Origin: Candidatus Latescibacterota bacterium
Lineage (GTDB): Bacteria > Latescibacterota > UBA2968 > UBA8231
NCBI GenBank assembly: GCA_965217585.1
Contig: OZ244561.1
Coordinates: 4,480,001-4,544,000, forward strand
DNA length: 64,000 nucleotides
Reading direction: 5' to 3'
In this document: positions 26,710 to 36,982 of the stretch, piece after piece
Layout: each line of letters opens with the position of its first letter
How positions within the stretch are numbered: position 1 is the first letter of the stretch
Translations under genes and position numbers: made by a program
Notes under the pieces: generated by a model
What the model was told of the DNA's origin: nothing
What the model saw: only the letters and a program-made list of their open reading frames with translations
Database searches by the model: none

Positions 26710-29649
26710 TTGATCAGCGACGCCGAGAGCATCGCCGAGCACATCCGCTTTCTCAAACGCCGCATCTTGGGCAACGAGGTCGTCCATCACCAGACCTTGC
26801 CGGCGCGCCCGGCGCGCCTAGTCCACGACTTGGCTGGCCTGCCTCCGGCCATGACCCGCATCCTCGAAATCGCCCGCATTCCCGCGCTCTATACGCACCA
26901 AGCCGAGGGTATCCAAAAAGTGCTGGAGGGCCAGCACGTGGCCATTGCCACGCCCACGGCCTCGGGCAAGACCTTGGTGTACAACGCGCCCGTGCTAGCC
27001 ACGCTGCTCGACGACCCGGAGGCACACGCGCTCTACATCTTCCCGCTCAAGGCCCTGGAGCAGGATCAGTTCGACGAGCTAAGCGGCCTGATGCAGGGCT
27101 TGGGAGGCGAGCTGAGCGCGGCCATTTACGACGGCGACACTACGGGCCATCGCCGCCGGCAAATTCGCACCAAGCCACCGCACGTGCTCTTCACCACGCC
27201 GGACATGCTGCACTCGGGCATCCTGGCCTTCCACGAGGCTTGGGCCGGCTTCTTTGCCCGCCTGCGCTACGTGGTCATCGACGAGCTGCACGCATACAGC
27301 GGTGTCTTTGGCACCCACGTCCTGCACCTTTTTCGCCGCTTGAACCGCATCTGCGCGCACTATGGGTCCGAGCCGGTGTACATCACCAGCTCGGCGACGA
27401 TGGGCAACCCCCGCGAGCTGGCGGGCGAACTGCTCAACCGCTCCTTTTATGCGATTGAAGATCATGGCGCGCCGGCCGCGGCGCGTCACTTCGTGTTTGT
27501 CAACCCGAGCGAAAGCCCCAACACCCTCGCGGCCCACGTGCTGCGCGCCAGCGTGCTCAAGGAATACCGCACTATTGTCTTCACCCGCGCCCGCATCACC
27601 ACCGAACTGGTGTATCGCTGGGCTACCCAGAGCCGCCCGGACTTGCGGGAGCGGATTTCCTCGTATCGGGCTGGCTATTTGCCCACCGAGCGCCGCCAGA
27701 TCGAGCAGTCGCTCAACGGTGGCCAGCTCATGGGCGTGGTGGCCACGTCGGCCTTGGAACTGGGCATTGATATCGGCGGCTTGGACGTCTGCGTGCTGGT
27801 CGGCTATCCGGGTTCGATCATCAACACTTGGCAGCGCGCTGGCCGCGTGGGCCGCGCCGGCCGCGAATCGCTAATTCTCCTGATCGCGTCTCCCGACGCC
27901 CTCGACCAGTACTTTATGCGGCACCCAGGGGAGTTTTTCTCACGCGATTTAGAGGACGCGGTAGTGGACCCAACGAATCAGTACATCCTCAAAAATCATC
28001 TCACGTGCGCGGCGCGCGAACTGCCCCTCGCCGCCCGCGAACCCGAGTACGCGCTGTCCAACTATCAGGAGGCGATTGATGCGCTGACTGAAGAGGGCAC
28101 GCTATTGCAGAATGCCGAGGGCGACGCCTGGTTTGCCGCGCGCAAGCAGCCGCACCGCTTGGTCAACATGCGCACCATCGGCGAGTCGTATAACATCGTC
28201 GATCGCGGCGATAACCAGATCGGCACGGTCAGCGGCGGCCAGGTGTACGGCGAGTGCTACAAAGGCGCGATTTACTTGCATCGCGGCCGCCAGTACGAGA
28301 TCGGCGACCGCAATCCCGAGCGGGGCCAGATCTACGCTGAGGAAGTGGATGTGGCGTACTTCACCCGCGCCCGCACGGAAAAGGACACCGAGATCTTAGA
28401 GGAGCTGCGCTCGCGGCCGTTGCAGGGCTTTATGGCGCGGCTGGGCCGGCTCAAGGTCAGCTCGCAGGTGGTGGGCTACGAAAAGATCCGCGTCGGCGAC
28501 CAAGTCGTCCTCAGCAAACACTCCCTGGAATCGCCGGTGGAGCACTTTGAGACGATTGGTTTTTGGATTGAGCTCGACGCCCACTTCAAGGCCGACCTCA
28601 GCCGCCACCAGCACCACTACATGGGTTCGATCCACGCGATTGAACACGCCATGAAGTCGCTCTTCCCGCTGCTGGCCTTGTGCGACCGCACGGACGTCGG
28701 CGGGATCTGCTATCCGCAGCATCCCCAACTCGGCAAAGGCGCGATTTTCGTGTACGACTATCACCCCGGCGGCATTGGCCTGGCGGAAAAGGGCTTTGCC
28801 CAGCTCGACCGCCTCTTGGACATGACGCTTTCCATGGTCGAAACCTGCGATTGCCTGCTCGGCTGCCCGTCTTGCATCCATTTCCCCACGTGCGGCGCGG
28901 GCAATGTCCCCCTCGACAAGGACGGAGCGATCCACCTGCTCGGCGTACTCACGGGCCGCCGGGCCATCGAGCGCACCCCGTCCTCAGCCGAGGTCGAAGA
29001 AGCCCCGCCGATTTTCGCCGAGTGGGAGGAAGAAGAAAGCGCAGAGGATGCGCCGCCCGAGCAAGGCCCGCACATCGTCGTGTTCGACCTTGAAACCCAG
29101 CGCTCGGCCGCGGAAGTCGGCGGCTGGAACAAGGCCCACATGATGGGCATGTCGGTCGGCGTGGTGTGGGACAGCCGCGCGCAGGCCTGCACCACGTATT
29201 TTGAGGAAGACATCGACCGGCTGCTGGAGCACTTGCAGGCGGCCGATTTGGTCGTTGGCTTCAACATCATCGGCTTTGACTATTCGGTCTTGCGCGGGTA
29301 CAGCCCATTCGACTTCCGCACGCTCAACACGCTCGATATTCTGCGCGAAATCCACCAGCGGCTGCGCTACCGAGTGAGCCTCGACTCACTGGGCCGGGCC
29401 ACGCTCGACGCGCCCAAGAGCGCCGACGGTCTGGACGCGTTGCGGTGGTTCAAAGAGGGGCGGCTGGACTTGATTGCCGAGTACTGCCAAAAGGACGTGG
29501 AACTGACCCGCGACCTGTTCTACTTCGGGCTGAGAGAGAACTACCTGCTCTTCGACCGCCGCAACGAAGGGCGGATGCGCATCCCGCTCGACTGGAAGCT
29601 GGAGGACCTAGTGAGCGGGGGCGGACGCGATTGCCCGCAGGGCGGATAA
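26710..29649 (+). CDS. DEAD/DEAH helicase (MrfA/YprA/Hrq1-like, DUF1998) fused to an RNase H-like DEDD exonuclease (MrfB/YprB-like)
   Basis: TPTASGKT, DELH, SAT, QRAGRVGR, CDCLLGCPSC; C-terminal VFDLETQ, GFNIIGFD, YCQKDV. Confidence 0.88.
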   Translation: MISDAESIAEHIRFLKRRILGNEVVHHQTLPARPARLVHDLAGLPPAMTRILEIARIPALYTHQAEGIQKVLEGQHVAIATPTASGKTLVYNAPVLATLLDDPEAHALYIFPLKALEQDQFDELSGLMQGLGGELSAAIYDGDTTGHRRRQIRTKPPHVLFTTPDMLHSGILAFHEAWAGFFARLRYVVIDELHAYSGVFGTHVLHLFRRLNRICAHYGSEPVYITSSATMGNPRELAGELLNRSFYAIEDHGAPAAARHFVFVNPSESPNTLAAHVLRASVLKEYRTIVFTRARITTELVYRWATQSRPDLRERISSYRAGYLPTERRQIEQSLNGGQLMGVVATSALELGIDIGGLDVCVLVGYPGSIINTWQRAGRVGRAGRESLILLIASPDALDQYFMRHPGEFFSRDLEDAVVDPTNQYILKNHLTCAARELPLAAREPEYALSNYQEAIDALTEEGTLLQNAEGDAWFAARKQPHRLVNMRTIGESYNIVDRGDNQIGTVSGGQVYGECYKGAIYLHRGRQYEIGDRNPERGQIYAEEVDVAYFTRARTEKDTEILEELRSRPLQGFMARLGRLKVSSQVVGYEKIRVGDQVVLSKHSLESPVEHFETIGFWIELDAHFKADLSRHQHHYMGSIHAIEHAMKSLFPLLALCDRTDVGGICYPQHPQLGKGAIFVYDYHPGGIGLAEKGFAQLDRLLDMTLSMVETCDCLLGCPSCIHFPTCGAGNVPLDKDGAIHLLGVLTGRRAIERTPSSAEVEEAPPIFAEWEEEESAEDAPPEQGPHIVVFDLETQRSAAEVGGWNKAHMMGMSVGVVWDSRAQACTTYFEEDIDRLLEHLQAADLVVGFNIIGFDYSVLRGYSPFDFRTLNTLDILREIHQRLRYRVSLDSLGRATLDAPKSADGLDALRWFKEGRLDLIAEYCQKDVELTRDLFYFGLRENYLLFDRRNEGRMRIPLDWKLEDLVSGGGRDCPQGG

Positions 29650-29690
29650 ATGGCAGATTAGACCCGGCAATTATTAGCGAAAGGCAGCAG

Positions 29691-30887
29691 ATGAAAATCA
29701 CGGATCTTAAGTGCGCGGTCATTGGCAACAACCCGGTCGTCCGCATCAATACCGACGAGGGCCTCTACGGCCTCGGGGAAGTAGAGGCGAGCAAGTCCTA
29801 CCTCAAGCCCCACGTGATGTTCTACAAGGACTTCATCCTCGGCCAGGACCCGACCGACGTCGAGCGGGTGATGCTCAATATCCGGCGCTTGGGCAGCTTC
29901 AAGCCTTGGGGCAGCGCGGTCAGCGCGATTGAAATGGCGCTGTGGGACATTGCCGGCAAGGCCGTGGGAGCGCCCGTGTACAAGCTGCTCGGCGGCAAAA
30001 TCCGCGACCAAGTGCGGGTGTACAATGGCGCGGTGCGCTTCCCCATGGAGGGCGGCCGCTCGCCCGCGGACTACGCGGACAACATGCAGCGCATGATAGA
30101 CGCGCCGCAGAAGTTCAGCATCATCAAACAGGGCCTCGCCTTCCACGGCGGAGGGATCACTGAATCACCCGAACATTTCTACGGCACTCACCAAGCCGGC
30201 CCGTTCCACGCCAATCGCGGCCCCCTGAGCGAACGCGGTCTCAACTACACAGTCGATTGCATCCGCGCGATGAAGGAAGTATGCGGCGACGAGGTCGGTT
30301 TGGCGCTGGACTTAGGCCCGGGCTTTCTCGTGCCGGATGCGCGCCGCCTAGCCCAAGCGGTTGAAGACCTCAACGTGGCTTGGCTGGAGGATATGCTCAC
30401 TGGCGACTACGTCCCTTACGTTTCGGCGGATCATTACCGAGAGGTCACGCAGAGCACCTCGACCCCGATCCACACGGGCGAGCAGATCTACTTGCGGCAC
30501 AATTTTCAGGACCTGATTGAGAAGCGCGCCGTGGATATCATCGGCCCGGATCCTTGCGACATCGGCGGGATCGCCGAACTCAAATGGGTGGCTGAATACG
30601 CGGATCTGCACGGCATCCTCATGGCTCCCCACGGCGTGCTCGACGGCCTGTTGGGCTTGGCGGCCCTAGTCCAGGTCGCGGCAACGCTGCCGCAAAACTA
30701 CATTGCCTTTGAATATCCGACTGGCCACCCCGAGTGGTGGTACGACATCGTCGAGGGCTTGCCCGACCCGATTGTGGTCGATAGCCACATCGCCGTTTGG
30801 GACGCGCCTGGGATGGGTGTCGATCTAATCGCCGAAGAAGCGCGGCGCTATCTGCGCGAGGAAGACGCCGATTTCTTCGACCAATAG
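29691..30887 (+). CDS. Mandelate racemase/muconate lactonizing enzyme family protein
   Basis: SAIEMALWDIAGKA, PVYKLLGG, WLED, HTGEQ; start at MKITDLK. Confidence 0.9.
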   Translation: MKITDLKCAVIGNNPVVRINTDEGLYGLGEVEASKSYLKPHVMFYKDFILGQDPTDVERVMLNIRRLGSFKPWGSAVSAIEMALWDIAGKAVGAPVYKLLGGKIRDQVRVYNGAVRFPMEGGRSPADYADNMQRMIDAPQKFSIIKQGLAFHGGGITESPEHFYGTHQAGPFHANRGPLSERGLNYTVDCIRAMKEVCGDEVGLALDLGPGFLVPDARRLAQAVEDLNVAWLEDMLTGDYVPYVSADHYREVTQSTSTPIHTGEQIYLRHNFQDLIEKRAVDIIGPDPCDIGGIAELKWVAEYADLHGILMAPHGVLDGLLGLAALVQVAATLPQNYIAFEYPTGHPEWWYDIVEGLPDPIVVDSHIAVWDAPGMGVDLIAEEARRYLREEDADFFDQ

Positions 30888-30909
30888 AGATAGAATGGAA
30901 AGGAAAGGT

Positions 30910-31878
30910 ATGCGCGCGGCCCAACTAGTCGCCCCGCGTCAGTGGGAACTTATCGAGACGGACAAACCCCAGCCAGTCGGCGACCAGATGCTCGTGAGGA
31001 TGGAGCGGGTCGCGGTCTGCGGCAGCGACAAGCCGCCGTTTTGCGGCCCCTACAAGCGCTATCCGCAGCCGCCCGGAGCCACTGGTCACGAAGGCATGGG
31101 CGTGGTCGAAGCCTGCCCGTCGGGACGCTATCGGGAGGGCGAGCGGGTGCTGTTGTGGGGATTTGATCGCGGGCTTTTCCAGGAATACGTCCTCGCCAAG
31201 GACGATGGCGGCTGCATCCGCCTGCCCGGCGACCTGCCCGAGGAAAAGGTGCTGATGAGCCAGCTCTTGGGCACGGTGATCCACAGCTTCTACAAGCTGG
31301 GCAACATCATTGACCGAGACGTCGCAGTGATCGGCCAAGGGCCGGTGGGGCTGCTGTTCAACGCAGTGCTGCGCAATCTCGGTGCGCGCCGCATCATGGC
31401 GATCGATCCGCTGCCTTACCGCTTGGAGGTGGGCCGTCAGATGGGGGCCACACATGCGATTTGCTCGGCATCCCAAGACCCAGTCGCCGCGGTCGCCGAG
31501 ATCACGGACGGTGCCATGGCCGGTCTCGCGGTCGAGGCCGTGGGCGTCGCCGAGACCCTCGGTCTCGTACCGGACCTCTGCCGCCGCAACGCCGAGGTGA
31601 TATGCTTTGGCGTCCCGGACAAGGACCACGCCGAAGGCTTGGTGACGGTCAGGATGTTGGACCTGTTGCGCCAAGAGCTGCGCTTGATTTTCTCGATCGG
31701 CCCCAGCCCCGACCGCGACTACCGGCCCGCGCTCGACTGGATCGTCCAAGGGCGCATTGACGTGGCTCCGATTGTCAGCCACGTCCTGCCCTTTGCCGAG
31801 ATCCAGCAAGCCTTTGCCATGGCCTTCGACGATCCCGAGCCGCATCAAGCCCTGAAGATCGTGCTCAAATTCCCCTAA
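30910..31878 (+). CDS. Zinc-binding (MDR) dehydrogenase
   Basis: VCGSD, GHEGMG, IGQGPVG. Confidence 0.88.
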   Translation: MRAAQLVAPRQWELIETDKPQPVGDQMLVRMERVAVCGSDKPPFCGPYKRYPQPPGATGHEGMGVVEACPSGRYREGERVLLWGFDRGLFQEYVLAKDDGGCIRLPGDLPEEKVLMSQLLGTVIHSFYKLGNIIDRDVAVIGQGPVGLLFNAVLRNLGARRIMAIDPLPYRLEVGRQMGATHAICSASQDPVAAVAEITDGAMAGLAVEAVGVAETLGLVPDLCRRNAEVICFGVPDKDHAEGLVTVRMLDLLRQELRLIFSIGPSPDRDYRPALDWIVQGRIDVAPIVSHVLPFAEIQQAFAMAFDDPEPHQALKIVLKFP

Positions 31879-31902
31879 CCCTGAGCGGAAAGGCATCCAA
31901 TC

Positions 31903-33138
31903 ATGCAAGTTACCCAAATCGAAGTCCACGAGATCGAGCTCGCCTACCACGACTGGATCGCCTATCCGCTCAATCACTACTACGGCCCCGCCGGCCGCAC
32001 GGTGTACATCGCCCACACCGACGACGGCCGGATTGGCCTCGGCGAGAGCGGGGGCACCGAGCCGCAGGAGACCATTGGCCAGTACATCGGCAGCAACCCC
32101 TTTGACTGGATCGGCGACGAGACTTCGCTGGGGTTGGGCACGGCCATGTACGACCTGATGGGGCAGGCCGCTGGCGTACCCGTCTATAAGCTCTTCGGCC
32201 AGAAGTATCGGTCGTTTGTACCCGTGGGTGCTTGGACGGTATCGACCCATCCCCAGCACATGGCCGAGGCCGTAACCCACTACGCGGCACAGGGCTACAC
32301 TTGGCTGAAGTACCACCTCTCGCCCTTTGAAAACGTCTTTGATCAGACCGAGGCCATGCAGGCGGTCGCGCCGCCCGGCTTCAAAATCCACTACGACTTC
32401 ACCATGCACGGCACGGACGACCACATGCCCGAACTGGTGGAGAAACTAGCTGAATATCCGATTGCTGGTTGCTTTGAGGATCCTTTGCCGCCTGGGGACA
32501 TCGAGGGCTACATCGACCTGCGCAAGCGGGCCAAGCGGCCCATTGTTTTGCACCACTTCCCGCTGGGGGCTACCTATGAGGTGCTGATGGAGCCAGCCGA
32601 TATCTACATGCTCGGGCACGCAAAAATCGGCGATGCCATGCGCCGCGCTGGCTTGTTTGCCGCTGCGGGCAAGCCCTTTATGCTGCAAAACGTCGGCGGT
32701 GCCATCACCCGCGCCATGGTCGTGCACATGATGGCCGCCGCGCCCACGGCCACCTTCCACTGCCACAACGACTACGAAGTTTGGCAAAGCGACGTGGTAG
32801 AAGAACGGCTGGACCCGATCAACGGCTTGGTGCGGGTGCCGGAAAAACCTGGGCTGGGGCTGACCTTAGATCGGGGGGCGCTAGAGCGGCTGAAAGCGCT
32901 AGCGCTGCCCGCACAAGACAGGTGGATCATCAAATCGCGCTTCAAAAACGGCACTCGCATGTACAACATCGCCGATCCGGCCAACTCGATTTTCATGGTG
33001 CGGCCCGACCGCAACCGCCTGATGCCCATGAGCTATGCCGCGCCCATTGAGACGGAGTATTGGGACGACGACGGGACTGAGGAGTACCGGGCGATGTTCA
33101 GCAGGATTGAGCGCGAGGGGATCGTGCTGGAGCGTTGA
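31903..33138 (+). CDS. Enolase-superfamily (MR/MLE-like) protein
   Basis: AMYDLMGQAAGVPVYKLFG, KYH, FEDP, VPEKPGLG. Confidence 0.85.
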   Translation: MQVTQIEVHEIELAYHDWIAYPLNHYYGPAGRTVYIAHTDDGRIGLGESGGTEPQETIGQYIGSNPFDWIGDETSLGLGTAMYDLMGQAAGVPVYKLFGQKYRSFVPVGAWTVSTHPQHMAEAVTHYAAQGYTWLKYHLSPFENVFDQTEAMQAVAPPGFKIHYDFTMHGTDDHMPELVEKLAEYPIAGCFEDPLPPGDIEGYIDLRKRAKRPIVLHHFPLGATYEVLMEPADIYMLGHAKIGDAMRRAGLFAAAGKPFMLQNVGGAITRAMVVHMMAAAPTATFHCHNDYEVWQSDVVEERLDPINGLVRVPEKPGLGLTLDRGALERLKALALPAQDRWIIKSRFKNGTRMYNIADPANSIFMVRPDRNRLMPMSYAAPIETEYWDDDGTEEYRAMFSRIEREGIVLER

Positions 33139-33140
33139 GC

Positions 33141-33542
33141 CTACTCCTGCTCGCGCTCGAACTTGAGCGACGCCGAGTTCATGCAGTAGCGCAGGCCGGT
33201 CGGCTGGGGGCCGTCGGGGAAGACGTGGCCGAGGTGGGCGTCGCATTGGCTGCATAGAGCCTCGGTGCGCACCATGCCGTGGCTCGCGTCGCGCTCCTCG
33301 GCGACCTTGTCTGCCGCGACCGGCTGCCAAAAACTGGGCCAACCGGACCGCGAATCGTACTTGGTTGCCGAGCTGAACAGCTCGCTGCCGCAGCAGACGC
33401 AGCGATAGACACCCGACTCCTTGTTGTCGCAGAGTTCGCCGGTAAAGGCTCGTTCCGTGCCCTTCTGCCGCGTTACGTGGTATTGCTCTTCGGTGAGTTC
33501 CTGCCGCCACTCGGCTTCGCTTTTGGTGATTTTTTTGCTCAT
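33141..33542 (-). CDS. msrB: Peptide-methionine (R)-S-oxide reductase
   Basis: [28 protein letters not shown]; two CxxC. Confidence 0.95.
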   Translation of the reverse strand: MSKKITKSEAEWRQELTEEQYHVTRQKGTERAFTGELCDNKESGVYRCVCCGSELFSSATKYDSRSGWPSFWQPVAADKVAEERDASHGMVRTEALCSQCDAHLGHVFPDGPQPTGLRYCMNSASLKFEREQE

Positions 33543-33571
33543 CGTAGCATTCCTTTCTCTTGGGTCAGTGT

Positions 33572-34045
33572 CTAATCGGATAACTCGGTGTAGTGCCCGC
33601 CGAAGAAGATCAGCGGCGCGCCGCTGCCCACCTCGCCGGTCAGGCATTCGCCGATGAACATGTCGTGGTCGCCCGCGGCCGCGATGTCCACTAGCTTGCA
33701 GTCCACATAGGCCAAGGCGTCGGTCAAAATCGGCGCGCCGGTCTGGCCCACCTTCGTCGCCAGGTCCGCAAAGTCCTTGGGGCCGCGCTGGGCAAAGCGC
33801 ACGGAGAGGTCCTCCTGCTCCCGCTTGAGGATGTTGATGGCAAAGCCCTCGGCTTTTTGCAACAGGCCGTGTATGGACGCGCTTTTGTCGACCGAAACCA
33901 CCACCAGCGGCGGCGACAGCGACAGCGACATGACCGCGTTGGCCGTCATGCCCCAAAGCTGGCCGTCGCAGCAGGTGGTCACCACGGTGACGCCGGTGGC
34001 AAAGCGGCCCATAATTTGCCGTTGAAGCAGAGGATCAAACGCCAT
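33572..34045 (-). CDS. Flavin reductase family protein
   Basis: [29 protein letters not shown]. Confidence 0.9.
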   Translation of the reverse strand: MAFDPLLQRQIMGRFATGVTVVTTCCDGQLWGMTANAVMSLSLSPPLVVVSVDKSASIHGLLQKAEGFAINILKREQEDLSVRFAQRGPKDFADLATKVGQTGAPILTDALAYVDCKLVDIAAAGDHDMFIGECLTGEVGSGAPLIFFGGHYTELSD

Positions 34046-34065
34046 CGCGCGGTTCCTTTCGCAAT

Positions 34066-35298
34066 TTAATGTAGTGCGTTCTGATAGATGCGGGCCGCGT
34101 CGTCTGGTTCCACCGCGACCGGATTGGGTTCGAGCAGGCGCTGGACGCTCAGGGCGCTGTCGACCATTTGCGGAATGTCGGCGGCGCTTATCCCGGCCGC
34201 GCTCAGCGAGCCGTAGGGGGTGTGCTGACGTCGCAGCCCGTCGATCCACTCCGCCGCTAGCTCGACCCCTTCCTCGCGGCTTTTGCCACCCAGCGCCAGC
34301 CCGGCAGCCCCGGCGGCAAAGTAATACTTGTCGGCCACGGCCGGGGCGTTGTGCCGCATCACCCCAGGCAAGACGAGGGCTACGGCCGCGCCGTGGGGCA
34401 CGGGTGCGCCGCGCTCAAAGGAGACCTTCTCGATCCCGTAGCCGAGCGCGTGGCCGGCCCCGGTGTTGATTGGACTTAACAGCAGCCCGGCTAGGAGGGC
34501 ACAGCGCGCCATTTGATAGCGCGCGTCTGGATCGCCACGGACCACGGCTTGCACGTACGCCGGGCAGCCCGCGGTCAGGGCCGCCCGCGCCACGGCGTCG
34601 CCGATGGCGTTGCTCTTGGTGGAAGCCGTGCATTCGAGGGCGTGGCCGAGGGCATCCAAGCCGGTGATCGCGGTCAATATCGGCGGCAGGTCTTGGTGCA
34701 AATGCGGGTCCACCAGCGCGGCCTTGGGTTGTAAGTAGCTGCTGTACACGGCTTTCTTGCCGGTTGCGTCGGCGATCACTGCTACTCGGCTGACTTCGCT
34801 GCCCGTGCCCGCTGTCGTCGGGATGCCGACGAGCGGAGCTAACGGCGGTTTTTCGTACAGGTCGAAGCCAAAGTAATCGGCCACAGAGCCGCCACTGGCA
34901 GCGGTGCAGAGCGCGGCCTTGGCCGTGTCCATGGTGCTGCCCCCGCCCAAGGCGACGGCCACGTCGAAATCCGCAGCCGCTAGCGCGTGCGCGCATGCAT
35001 CGACGCTTTGTACCGAGGGGTTGGGCGCGATCTCGCTGTATGCGCTCACCACGTCTAAGTCGCCGAGGGCTTGGCGGACTGAGGCGACGAGGGGGGCAAT
35101 GCCCGGATCGTGGATTAGCAGCACCCGGCCCGCGCCGAGGCGGACGCACTCGTCGGCTAGCTGCGCTAGGGCACCCGCCCCGAATACGACCCGCCGATCG
35201 CGGAATTCAAACATTTCTGCTAGCGCTGCCCGCCGACTTTCTGCGGCAAAATAGGCACCGCTGGATAGCAACTCCTCGTTGATCTGCACACTGCCCAT
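34066..35298 (-). CDS. Iron-containing alcohol dehydrogenase
   Basis: LGGGSTMDTAK, PTTAGTGSE, DALGHALE, PHG. Confidence 0.88.
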   Translation of the reverse strand: MGSVQINEELLSSGAYFAAESRRAALAEMFEFRDRRVVFGAGALAQLADECVRLGAGRVLLIHDPGIAPLVASVRQALGDLDVVSAYSEIAPNPSVQSVDACAHALAAADFDVAVALGGGSTMDTAKAALCTAASGGSVADYFGFDLYEKPPLAPLVGIPTTAGTGSEVSRVAVIADATGKKAVYSSYLQPKAALVDPHLHQDLPPILTAITGLDALGHALECTASTKSNAIGDAVARAALTAGCPAYVQAVVRGDPDARYQMARCALLAGLLLSPINTGAGHALGYGIEKVSFERGAPVPHGAAVALVLPGVMRHNAPAVADKYYFAAGAAGLALGGKSREEGVELAAEWIDGLRRQHTPYGSLSAAGISAADIPQMVDSALSVQRLLEPNPVAVEPDDAARIYQNALH

Positions 35299-35403
35299 TG
35301 TGGCTTTTCTCCATGTATTGACGCGGCGAACCGAGCCTTGTTTCGCGCGGGGGATTTGTGCAATATATACACGGAACCGCAGCCTTACAAAAACGGAGCC
35401 ACC

Positions 35404-36165
35404 ATGATCCAAGACGCCGCCCAGACGTATGCCGAGCAGGGATTTCTCACGGGCATCGACCTGTTCAGCGCCAGCGAGATCGGTCACTTCCGCGCCTGCT
35501 TCGACGAGCTAGAAGCCCGCGAGGGCCGAGAAAAGTGCCAGATTGGCCTCCAGGCCCGCCATATCGACGAGGAGTTTATCTGGCAGATGGCCACAGACTC
35601 GCGCGTCCTCGACGCCATACAAGAGGTCATGGGCGCGGACATCATGCTGCTCTCGACGCACTTCTTTTGCAAATATCCCGACCCGGAGGCCAAGCACTTT
35701 GTGGCTTGGCATCAAGACGTCACCTATTGGGGGTTGCAGCCGCCCGAAGCCCACACCGCTTGGGTGGCCGTGGATGCCAGCGGCGTGGAGAACGGCTGTA
35801 TGCGGGTTATCCCCGGCTCGCACAAAAACGGCATTGCCACCCACGGGGAGTCGGCCAAAGCCGGCAATCTGCTCAGCATCAATCAGGAGATTCCCGACGA
35901 GTTTGTCGATGACAGCCAAGCCGTTGATCTAGTGCTCGCACCGGGCCAGATGTCCATCCACGACGGCCAGGCATTCCACGCCAGCAACCCCAATACCTCC
36001 AATCGCCGCCGCTGCGGACTGACGCTGCGCTACATCGCCCCGCACGTCGAGCAGGTCGAGCTCAACTCGCTGGGCAACAAGTATCCGACCATCTTGGTGC
36101 GCGGCGAGGATCGCTACGGCAACTTTCCCGAACAACCCATACCCTTTGCCCTCGCTTCTCGATGA
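35404..36165 (+). CDS. Phytanoyl-CoA dioxygenase (PhyH) family protein
   Basis: WHQD, ENGCMRVIPGSH, HASNPNTSNRRR. Confidence 0.9.
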   Translation: MIQDAAQTYAEQGFLTGIDLFSASEIGHFRACFDELEAREGREKCQIGLQARHIDEEFIWQMATDSRVLDAIQEVMGADIMLLSTHFFCKYPDPEAKHFVAWHQDVTYWGLQPPEAHTAWVAVDASGVENGCMRVIPGSHKNGIATHGESAKAGNLLSINQEIPDEFVDDSQAVDLVLAPGQMSIHDGQAFHASNPNTSNRRRCGLTLRYIAPHVEQVELNSLGNKYPTILVRGEDRYGNFPEQPIPFALASR

Positions 36166-36204
36166 TTAGCACAGCCCCGCCATACATACTAATAAGGAGA
36201 CACA

Positions 36205-36888
36205 ATGGCCCAGTACGACCGGATGGCCGTCCTCAACGCCATCTACGACACGGGTATCGTCCCGGTCTTTTACAACGCCGACCCAGAAACCACCATTCAC
36301 ATCGTCGAAGCCTGCGCCCGAGGGGGTGCCCGCTGCGCTGAATTCACCAACCGCGGCGATTTGGCCTACCACGTTTTCACCGAGACCGTGCGCCACGTGA
36401 TGGCCGAGAAAATCGACATCATCATGGGCGTTGGCTCGATATGCGATGCGCCCACCGCCGCCCTCTATATTGCCAACGGCGCGAACTTCGTCGTCGGTCC
36501 CTTGCTCAACGAAGAGGTCGCTCGCCTGTGCAATCGCCGCAAAATTGCCTATTCCCCCGGCTGCGGCTCGGTCAGCGAGATCGGCCAGGCCGAAGAGCTA
36601 GGCGTCGAGATCGTCAAAGTGTTTCCAGGCAGCGAAGTCGGCGGCCCGGCCTTCGTCAAATCCGTGCTCGGCCCCTGTCCTTGGACCCGCATCATGCCCA
36701 CCGGCGGCGTCGATGCCACCCGCGAAAGCCTAGCGGCGTGGTTTGAGGCCGGCGTTGCAGCCGTCGGCGCTGGCTCCAAGCTGATTACCAAGGAACTCGT
36801 CGCTGCCAAGGACTGGGATGGCTTGGCTGCCAAGGTCCGCCAGAGCGTCGATTGGATTCGGGAAATCCGTGCTGAGATGGCGGGCTAG
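36205..36888 (+). CDS. eda: KDPG/KHG aldolase
   Basis: EFTNRG, GANFVV, KVFPG, MPTGGV. Confidence 0.85.
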   Translation: MAQYDRMAVLNAIYDTGIVPVFYNADPETTIHIVEACARGGARCAEFTNRGDLAYHVFTETVRHVMAEKIDIIMGVGSICDAPTAALYIANGANFVVGPLLNEEVARLCNRRKIAYSPGCGSVSEIGQAEELGVEIVKVFPGSEVGGPAFVKSVLGPCPWTRIMPTGGVDATRESLAAWFEAGVAAVGAGSKLITKELVAAKDWDGLAAKVRQSVDWIREIRAEMAG

Positions 36889-36982
36889 TCCGGGTTCATT
36901 GGCACTGTACCGGCTAAGCGCATCCTGTGCTTAGCGATTTGAAAAACTGAGACATCTGCTCGTTGGTTCAAAGGACCGCGCC

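Noticed and set aside
30925-32424. 499-aa antisense ORF (likewise 57963-59456, 3703-4656 and the alternate-frame 405-1463)
   Set aside because: Shadow ORFs of GC-rich genes with clear family motifs in another frame; no motifs of their own
33141-33542. Selenocysteine-type MsrB
   Set aside because: The catalytic residue is an ordinary Cys (RYCMNS) with no in-frame TGA
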